From: Gemmatimonadales bacterium
GTDB taxonomy: Bacteria; Gemmatimonadota; Gemmatimonadetes; Gemmatimonadales; GWC2-71-9
Reading direction: 5' to 3'
DNA length: 64,000 nt
NCBI GenBank assembly: GCA_037189525.1
Contig: JBBCJC010000001.1
Coordinates: 800,001-864,000, forward strand
The first letter of the stretch is position 1; each line of letters begins with the position of its first letter. Of the stretch, positions 57,060-64,000 are shown piece by piece. The position numbers were made by a program, and so were the translations under genes. The notes beneath the pieces are model-generated. The model was not told the origin of the DNA, did not search any database, and worked only from the letters and a program-made list of their open reading frames with translations.

Positions 57060-58198
57060 AGCGAACCCTAACGGGCGCGGCGCTGCTGCGCACCTTGATC
57101 GCCGTCGCGCTGCCGCTATTCGTGGCTACCGGCTGCACCAAAGCCGAACCGGATGGCGGCAGCAGCGCCGAGGGCGAGGACGGCGCCGAGTCGGGCGGTA
57201 GCAACGTCACCCTCCCCGTGGTGGGCCAGGCGGTCCGCAAGGGTGACCTGGTGCTCTCGATCGTGACGACGGGCCAGGTGCGCTCCGACGGCGTCGCGAT
57301 GCTCAAGAGCGAGACCACCGGGCCGATCACCGCCGTCAAAGTGCGCCCCGGCGATCGCGTCACCCAGGGGCAAGTGCTGGTCGAGGTCGACCCGCGCGAA
57401 CTCGATCTGGCCGTCGAGCAGGCCCAGGCATCCCTCGACGACGCCAAGCTCAGAGTCCTCGACAATGTCATCGGCGACTCGATCGTCACCGGTCGCGCTG
57501 TCACGGGCGAGCGGCTGCGCAGCGCCGAGATCCGCGCCGGCCTGGATAAGGCCAAGGCGGAACTCGAGCGGGCCAAATTGCAACGCGAGCGGGCCACCAT
57601 CGTGGCGCCGTTCAGCGGCGTGGTCGATGAGGTCAAGATCGCGGTCGGCGAACGGCTCAGCCAGGGCCAGGACATCGCCCGCATCGTGGATCTGTCGAAT
57701 CTTCGGGTCGAGGCCTCGGTGCTGGAGCACGACTTGCCGCTGATTCGCATCGGTGGTGACGCAACCGTCACCGCAGCTGCCGTAGCCGATCGTCCGATCA
57801 GCGGGCGGATCACGGCGATCCTGCCTATGGTCGACAGCACGACGCGAGCCGGCCGAGCCGTGGTGCGCATCGGGAACAACAGCGTGCTCCGCCCCGGCAT
57901 GTACGCCGACATCCGCCTCGAAGCCACTCGGCTGCCCGGTCGCGTCGTCGTACCGGCCTCGGCCGTGATCGAACGCGACGGACGCCCGCTCGTCTTCGTG
58001 GCGCGCGACGGGCGGGCGCAGTGGGTCTACATCTTCCCCGGTCGGAGCAACGGCCTGGAAACCGAAGTCCTTCCCGACAGCGCGACCGGTCAGATCCCGG
58101 TGGCCGCGGGAGACACCGTGCTGATCGAAGGCCACCTGACGCTGACGCACGACGCGCCGGTGCGCATGGTCGCTCGCCAGGAACGCGGCACGCCGTAA
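57056..58198 (+). CDS. RND efflux periplasmic adaptor (MFP) lipoprotein
   Basis: Lipobox ATGC; VRPGDRVTQGQVL, IVAPFSGVV, LRPGMYA, VVPASAV. Confidence 0.92.
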   Translation: MKRTLTGAALLRTLIAVALPLFVATGCTKAEPDGGSSAEGEDGAESGGSNVTLPVVGQAVRKGDLVLSIVTTGQVRSDGVAMLKSETTGPITAVKVRPGDRVTQGQVLVEVDPRELDLAVEQAQASLDDAKLRVLDNVIGDSIVTGRAVTGERLRSAEIRAGLDKAKAELERAKLQRERATIVAPFSGVVDEVKIAVGERLSQGQDIARIVDLSNLRVEASVLEHDLPLIRIGGDATVTAAAVADRPISGRITAILPMVDSTTRAGRAVVRIGNNSVLRPGMYADIRLEATRLPGRVVVPASAVIERDGRPLVFVARDGRAQWVYIFPGRSNGLETEVLPDSATGQIPVAAGDTVLIEGHLTLTHDAPVRMVARQERGTP

Positions 58199-58213
58199 AG
58201 GGGCCAGCTCCGT

Positions 58214-61200
58214 ATGTCGATTGCCGCCACGGCCCTCAAACGGCCTGTCACGACCATTGCCGCCGTGCTGGCGCTGGTACTGCTCGGCGCGGTATCGCTG
58301 GGCAAGCTGCCGGTCTCGCTACTGCCGGACGTCCAATTGCCGGTCCTCACCATCCGGACCGCCTACCCGGGCGCGGCCCCCGAAGAAGTCTCGCGATTCA
58401 TTGCCGAGCAGATCGAAGAAGCGGTCGCGGCAACTCCGGGACTGGTCGAACTCAAATCGGTGAGCCGTACCGGCGAAGCGACGACCACGCTGCGTTTCAT
58501 GTGGGGCACCGATATGGCCACCACGGTGCTGCAGGTGCGCGAACGGCTCGACAACGCCCGCGCCCGCCTGCCCGAGCGCGCCGAGCGCCCGACCCTGCTG
58601 ACCAGCGACCCCGGCGAGCGTCCGATAGCCGTGCTGGGCCTGACCGGCAGCGGTGACCTGCGCAGCATTGCCCGCACCGCGCGCGACGTCCATGCCCGCC
58701 GCCTGGAGCAGTTGGCTGGAATCGCCAGTGTGGCCGTCGTGGGCGAACCCGAGGACGAAATCCGGGTCGAGATCGACCCCGAACGCACCAGGGCGTTAGG
58801 CATCACGCCCGACGACGTCGCCGCGGCGGTCCGCGCAGCAAACCCGCAGGCGCCGGGCGGCACCATTCGACGGGGACAGTTCCGCTATTCGCTGCGCGCG
58901 CTGACGGAGTTCCAGACGGTCGACGAGATCAGCAGCACGCCGGTCGGCCCGGCACGCAGCGGCATCACCCTGCGCGACGTCGGCAAGGTCTCACTCGGCA
59001 TTGCCGATCCGACCACGATCACGACCCTCGACTCCAAGGCGGCGGTCGGCCTCGTCGTCTATAAGGACGCGGGCGCCAACACCGTGGCCGTGACCCGCGA
59101 CATCTACGACGCCATCGACCTCCTCCGGGAGGAGTTCCCCGATCTCCAGATCAAGGTGGTCGCTGCGCAGGCGGAGTTCGTCAACGACGCCCTCTCGAAC
59201 CTGATCCAGGAAATCGTCTTCGGTGGCGCGCTGTCACTGCTGGTCATCCTGCTCTTCCTGCGCGACTGGCGCAGCTCGCTGACGATCGGGCTGATGGTGC
59301 CGCTGTCGGTCATGGTGGCGCTGACGCTGCTCCAGCTGATGGGTGTCACGATCAACATCCTGTCACTGGGCGGATTGGCCCTGGGCGTCGGGTTGCTGGT
59401 CGACAACGCAATCGTGGTGGCCGAGGTGACCAATCGGCACATGGAGAACGGTTTGGGAAGGGTGGAGGCGGCGCGAATCGGCACCGAAGAGGTGACCGGT
59501 CCGCTGATTGCCGGCACCCTCACCACCCTGCTCGTTTTTGGTCCGATCGTCTTCGTCGAAGGGCTGGCCGCGGCGCTCTTCCGTGACCTGTCGCTCAGCG
59601 TCGTGATGTCGGTCGGGGCGTCGCTGGTCCTGGCGCTGACGCTGATGCCGGTCCTGATGACCCGCGGTAAGGCCCCCGTCAAGAAAACGACACGCACCTC
59701 GACCGGTTTCCTCGGCGCGGCGGACCGGCTCGGCCATCGCCTCGAGCACTGGTACGAAGCGGGAATGCGCTGGTCGCTGGACCATCCCATCCCCGTCATT
59801 GCCATCTCGATTGCCGTCACGCTGTTCACGGTGGCCATCGCGAGCCGCCTGCCGCGCGAAATCCTCCCGCGCGTCGACGAAGGAATTGCGGTGGCATATC
59901 TCCGCCTTCCGGAAGGGACGGCTATCGAGGAGACCGCGCGCCAGTCGCGCCGGATCGAAGAAGCTGCCATCGGGCTTGGATCGTCGGGGATCTACAGCCG
60001 GATCGGCGTGGCCACGGACGAGGAGGTCCTGGCGGGCGCAGACCCTGGTACCTCCGCATCGGCGCAGTTGCTGCTGCCGGTCCCGAGCGGCATGGAAGCG
60101 GCGGCGTTTGCCGAGCGACTCCGCAAGTCGGTTCCGGACCTGGCGCGCGGCGGGCTGGCCATCGATCTGGCCGGGCAATCCGAATTCGGCAGCCTGATCG
60201 GACGCGAAGGGCGGCTGGTACGTGTGGAGGTGGCAGGTCCGCGGCTCGACGAGTCGGCCCGCTGGGCCGATGTGATCCGGGAAAAACTCAGCGATGTCAC
60301 CAGCCTGGCCGACGTTCGCGACGCCTACGCGGGTACGCAGCCGACAGTCGAAGTGACGCTCGACCGGGCGCAGATGGCACGGCTCGGCGTCACGGCCGAT
60401 CAGGTCGCCAACACACTGGCGGGCGGGCTGGGTGGGGTTGCCTCGGGCGATTTCCGCGAAACCGATCGCCGCACCCCGATCCGGGTCCGATTCACCGGGT
60501 CCTATAACGAAGATCTCCAGACCGCGTTGGCCGTGCCGATTCGCGGCGTTCCGGTCGGGCAACTGGTCTCGGTGGCGGACATTCGCGCGCCGATCGAAGT
60601 CGTGCGTATCAACCAGCGCCCGGTCAGCGTGGTCGAAGCGGTTGCGGAGGAGGGAGGACTGACCCGCGCAACCCGCGATGTGCAACGCGTGCTAGCCGAC
60701 GTGGACCTGCCCCCTGGCGTGGACGTGACCCTGGGCGGCGCCGAGGCGGAGCAGCAGCGGACTACCAGCCAGCTGATGCTGGTGGCAGTGCTGTCGGTTG
60801 CGCTGGTGTTTCTCGTGCTTGCCGGAGAGTTCGCATCGTTCTCGACGCCGCTCGTCGTTCTGCTCACCGTGCCTTTGGCCGGGGCCGGCGGTATCCTCTT
60901 CCTCTGGCTGACCGGCCAGAGCATCAACGCCGTCGCGCTGATCGGCATCGTGGTAATGATCGGCATGGCTGACAACGAGGCCGTGGTCAAACTCGATGCG
61001 ATCGGCCGATTCCGTGAACTGGGCCATTCGATCGACGATGCCATCGTGCTTGGCGGGCAACAACGGCTGCGCGCCATCGCGATGACCTCGATTACGACCA
61101 TTACCGGCGTGCTTCCGCTGGTCTTCGGATGGGGTACCGGCGGAGAGCTCTATCAGCCGCTGGCCGCGAGCGTCATCGGCGGCTCGATCACGGCGCTCCT

Positions 61201-61279
61201 GGTCACCTTCTTCCTGATGCCCACCGTGTACGCCATGGTCGAGCGCCGGAAGCTGGCGCGAGCCGAGCGCGCCGCATGA
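58214..61279 (+). CDS. RND efflux permease subunit 1 (AcrB/MdtB-like)
   Basis: KRPVTT, LPVSLLPD, YPGAAPEEV, INILSLGGLALGVGLLVDNAIVV, RLRAIAMTSITT. Confidence 0.93.
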   Translation: MSIAATALKRPVTTIAAVLALVLLGAVSLGKLPVSLLPDVQLPVLTIRTAYPGAAPEEVSRFIAEQIEEAVAATPGLVELKSVSRTGEATTTLRFMWGTDMATTVLQVRERLDNARARLPERAERPTLLTSDPGERPIAVLGLTGSGDLRSIARTARDVHARRLEQLAGIASVAVVGEPEDEIRVEIDPERTRALGITPDDVAAAVRAANPQAPGGTIRRGQFRYSLRALTEFQTVDEISSTPVGPARSGITLRDVGKVSLGIADPTTITTLDSKAAVGLVVYKDAGANTVAVTRDIYDAIDLLREEFPDLQIKVVAAQAEFVNDALSNLIQEIVFGGALSLLVILLFLRDWRSSLTIGLMVPLSVMVALTLLQLMGVTINILSLGGLALGVGLLVDNAIVVAEVTNRHMENGLGRVEAARIGTEEVTGPLIAGTLTTLLVFGPIVFVEGLAAALFRDLSLSVVMSVGASLVLALTLMPVLMTRGKAPVKKTTRTSTGFLGAADRLGHRLEHWYEAGMRWSLDHPIPVIAISIAVTLFTVAIASRLPREILPRVDEGIAVAYLRLPEGTAIEETARQSRRIEEAAIGLGSSGIYSRIGVATDEEVLAGADPGTSASAQLLLPVPSGMEAAAFAERLRKSVPDLARGGLAIDLAGQSEFGSLIGREGRLVRVEVAGPRLDESARWADVIREKLSDVTSLADVRDAYAGTQPTVEVTLDRAQMARLGVTADQVANTLAGGLGGVASGDFRETDRRTPIRVRFTGSYNEDLQTALAVPIRGVPVGQLVSVADIRAPIEVVRINQRPVSVVEAVAEEGGLTRATRDVQRVLADVDLPPGVDVTLGGAEAEQQRTTSQLMLVAVLSVALVFLVLAGEFASFSTPLVVLLTVPLAGAGGILFLWLTGQSINAVALIGIVVMIGMADNEAVVKLDAIGRFRELGHSIDDAIVLGGQQRLRAIAMTSITTITGVLPLVFGWGTGGELYQPLAASVIGGSITALLVTFFLMPTVYAMVERRKLARAERAA

Positions 61280-64000
61280 TCCGCTGGGCAGCGGGCCGGC
61301 CGGCCGTCATCTGGGCGCTGGGTGCCGCGCTGATCCTCGCCGGTGGCGTGGCGTTCACCAAGCTGCCGTTGGCGACGCGCACCGCTGTCGAACTGCCGCG
61401 GCTGAGCGTCACGGCGTCGTGGTTCGGCGCATCGCCGGAACTGGTCGAGAGCTACGTCACCTCACCGATCGAAGAAGTCATCCAGGGCGTCCGTGGCGTC
61501 AAGAAAGTGTCGAGCCGGTCGGCTGACGCGACGTCATCTCTGACCGTTGAGCTGGAGCCCAAGACCGACGTTACGCTGGCTCGTCTCGAGATCAACGAGC
61601 GGCTCGAACTGTTACGGAGCCGTTTTCCAATCGGCGTCGTCGGTCCCTCGGTTGCGAACTATGCCCCGGAGGAGCTCGAAGAGCAGCCGCTCCTCACTTA
61701 CTCGATCATCGGACCGTACACCGCCGGTACGCTCACCAAGATCACCCGCGATCAGGTGATTCCGCGGATTACCGCCGTTCCGGGCGTGGCCGGCGTCGAA
61801 TTGTCCGGAACGGCCGAGCCCGGAGTTGCGGTGGTGTACGAGCCGCTCCGTCTCCGGCAGCTGGGCATCAACCCGACGCTGCTCCGCCAGGCGATTGCCA
61901 GCGCGCGGGCGGTAGAGGCACTCGGCCGCGAGCGCCGCGGGGCCAATGTGGTGACCGTCGCGCTCCGCGACCAGCCGCGCGCGCTGGAGGATCTCGGGCA
62001 ACTGGTGGTCCGAGCACCGAGCGGGCGGGTTTTTCGTCTGGATGAGATTGCCACGATCCGGCCGGACGAAGACAACCGCGGAGCTTTTGCGCGCATCAAC
62101 GGGGTTCCGACCGTGACGCTGCAGTTGTCGCGCCTGGCAGGGGCGGACGCCATCCGGACCGCGGCCACGATCAAAACGACGATGGAGGAGATTCGGCGTA
62201 TCCTCCCGGAGGGCGTCACCTTTCGCATCGAGAATGACGAGAGCCAGGACCTCCAGGATCAGCTCAACGACCTGCTGCTCCGGGGCGCCATCGCCTTTGC
62301 CGCGGTGATGCTGGTGCTCGCGGTGATGCTGCGCAACTTCACTTCGGTCTGGCTGGTGATGGGCAGCGCCGCCGTTGCCATCGCGGGCACGGCGCTCGGT
62401 CTCTACATCCTCGACATTCCGGCCAATCTGCTCACGCTGGCCGGGCTCGCCATGGGCATCGGCGTACTGGTACAGAACGGGCTCGTCGTGGTGGAGCGTC
62501 TCCGCCACGCTCCGGATACGCCGGAGGGACGCGCCGAGGCCGGGCGAAGGATCACGCCGGCGGTGATCGGCGCGAGCCTGACGACAGCGGTGGTCCTGCT
62601 GCCGTTCCTCTACCTGCAGGGGAACGCCCGCGCCGCCTTCCTGCCGTTTGCCGCGGCCTTCCTGCTGGCGCTCGCCTGGTCGGTCGTGAGCGCCATCGTC
62701 ATGATCCCCGCGGTAGGCTCCGGCCACGGGATGCAGCGCACGACCTATCGCCGCACCGTGCGCTGGTATACCCGGAGCGTGATCGGCACGGTGCGCTGGC
62801 GTCCGATTACCATCGTCCTGGCGCTGACTGCGCTCGGTACGCTGACCTGGGGCTTCATCAAGCAGGTACCGAAGAGTTCGTTCGGCAACTGGTACGGCCA
62901 GCGCTCCGAACTGTTCGTCGGGATCACCTTCCCTCACGGCTCCGATCCGCAAAGCGTCGACCGCGCTATGCGGGAGTTCGAACGGATTGCGGTTGGCCGG
63001 CACGGTGTCGACCGGGTCGAGGCCGTCGGATTTCCGATGTTCGGGCGCCTTCGCGTCACCTTCACGCGAGATGAGAGCTACGGCATCATCCCGGCGCTGA
63101 TGGAAGAAGAGATGACCCAGCGGGCCGTCTTCATCGGCGGCGCATCGATCAGTGTGCGCGGCCGAGGACCGGGCTTCTTCAGCGGCGGCGGGGGCTCGTC
63201 GGTGGCGTTCCGTATCAAGCTGCTGGGCTATTCCTTCTCGGGCGTCGAGCAACTGGCGCGCGACCTGCAGACCCGGCTCGAGCGGATTCCCCGGGTACGC
63301 GACGTCAACATCAACGCCGGCACCTTCTTCCGCGCCGAGCGGGCGGTGAGTGTCACGCTCGAACCCGATCGCCCTGCCCTGGCCCGTTCCGGCATGACGG
63401 CCACGGAGTTCCGCCAGGCCGTTGCCCGGGAAGTCCAGGGCGCCAGCGGCGGAGACCGCCTGGAGCTTGGCGGCGATGAGGTCACCGTCAACGTCAAAGC
63501 GCGTGGCGCACAGGAACGGGCGCTCGACGAACTCCGCGATGCAATCGTGCCAAACGATACCCGGTCCCCGGTGCGCATCGGCGACCTCTCACTCGTCTCG
63601 GAGCGCGAGGGGTTGAGCGCGATCAACCGCGAAGACCAGCAGTATGTCCGGATCGTGAGTTACGATTTCCGCGGCCCGCCCCGCCTGGCGCAGCGGACCC
63701 ACGAGTCGTTCATGAACTCGATCAGCGTTCCCGCCGGATACACGGTCGACGACGAGCGGTTCGAATGGGCTGAAGACGACAGTACCAAGGGTCTCTGGCT
63801 CGTATTGGCACTCGGCCTCACGCTGGTGGTGCTGTCGGTGGCGTTCGTGTTCAATTCGACCTGGGCCGCGTTGCTGGTCTTTGCGAGTCTGCCGCTGGCG
63901 TTAGGCGGTGTGGCTGCCATCTTCTGGGCCACCGGAACGGCATTCGGGCGCGAGGCGGCGGTGGGTGTCATCCTGGTGATCGGTCTGGCGACCAACCAGG
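61276..64000 (+). CDS. RND efflux permease subunit 2, 3' truncated by the window edge
   Basis: ATGA overlap with subunit 1. Absent from the ORF track because no stop occurs in the window. Reads MIRWAAGRP...GASPELVESYVTSPIE...NLLTLAGLAMGIGVLVQNGLVVVE...VGVILVIGLATNQ. Confidence 0.9.
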   Translation, partial: MIRWAAGRPAVIWALGAALILAGGVAFTKLPLATRTAVELPRLSVTASWFGASPELVESYVTSPIEEVIQGVRGVKKVSSRSADATSSLTVELEPKTDVTLARLEINERLELLRSRFPIGVVGPSVANYAPEELEEQPLLTYSIIGPYTAGTLTKITRDQVIPRITAVPGVAGVELSGTAEPGVAVVYEPLRLRQLGINPTLLRQAIASARAVEALGRERRGANVVTVALRDQPRALEDLGQLVVRAPSGRVFRLDEIATIRPDEDNRGAFARINGVPTVTLQLSRLAGADAIRTAATIKTTMEEIRRILPEGVTFRIENDESQDLQDQLNDLLLRGAIAFAAVMLVLAVMLRNFTSVWLVMGSAAVAIAGTALGLYILDIPANLLTLAGLAMGIGVLVQNGLVVVERLRHAPDTPEGRAEAGRRITPAVIGASLTTAVVLLPFLYLQGNARAAFLPFAAAFLLALAWSVVSAIVMIPAVGSGHGMQRTTYRRTVRWYTRSVIGTVRWRPITIVLALTALGTLTWGFIKQVPKSSFGNWYGQRSELFVGITFPHGSDPQSVDRAMREFERIAVGRHGVDRVEAVGFPMFGRLRVTFTRDESYGIIPALMEEEMTQRAVFIGGASISVRGRGPGFFSGGGGSSVAFRIKLLGYSFSGVEQLARDLQTRLERIPRVRDVNINAGTFFRAERAVSVTLEPDRPALARSGMTATEFRQAVAREVQGASGGDRLELGGDEVTVNVKARGAQERALDELRDAIVPNDTRSPVRIGDLSLVSEREGLSAINREDQQYVRIVSYDFRGPPRLAQRTHESFMNSISVPAGYTVDDERFEWAEDDSTKGLWLVLALGLTLVVLSVAFVFNSTWAALLVFASLPLALGGVAAIFWATGTAFGREAAVGVILVIGLATNQ

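Noticed and set aside
61612..63252. 546-aa minus-strand ORF that looks like the main gene at the window end
   Set aside because: It is a shadow of the plus-strand RND gene starting at 61276, which the track omits because its stop lies outside the window.

Overview
High-GC bacterial chromosomal segment. The gene content (ADOP permeases with PadR, ECF sigma/HEAT-repeat operon, TolB-amidohydrolases) suggests Gemmatimonadota or a similar lineage; this is inferred, not checked. No rRNA, tRNA, CRISPR array, transposase or integrase was recognised. The most notable part is a ~410-bp divergent control region (3881-4292) in an aspartate-family amino acid locus. Leftward, a SAM-II/SAM-V-like riboswitch precedes a threonine-synthase-like gene, a Gly-Gly-terminated sulfur carrier and MoeB/MoeZ, which points to sulfur-carrier-dependent homocysteine/methionine synthesis rather than threonine synthesis. 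Rightward, an apparently leaderless Thr/Met/Lys-rich 32-aa leader peptide with terminator and antiterminator precedes asd-lysC. Other items of interest: a 40-aa NrdJ-tail-like Cys-rich mini-ORF coupled to an SplB-like radical SAM gene behind a LexA-like box, three phased CGACA-N13-TGTCG boxes before a Fic gene, a lower-GC islet with an XRE gene, tandem palindromic repeats and a structured spacer, a Phd-PIN toxin-antitoxin pair, a tpm gene with an internal TAA, and tandem beta-propeller lipoprotein paralogs upstream of a TolC-MFP-RND-RND operon whose second RND lacks the TM4 aspartate. All calls come from reading motifs by eye; no database search was run.
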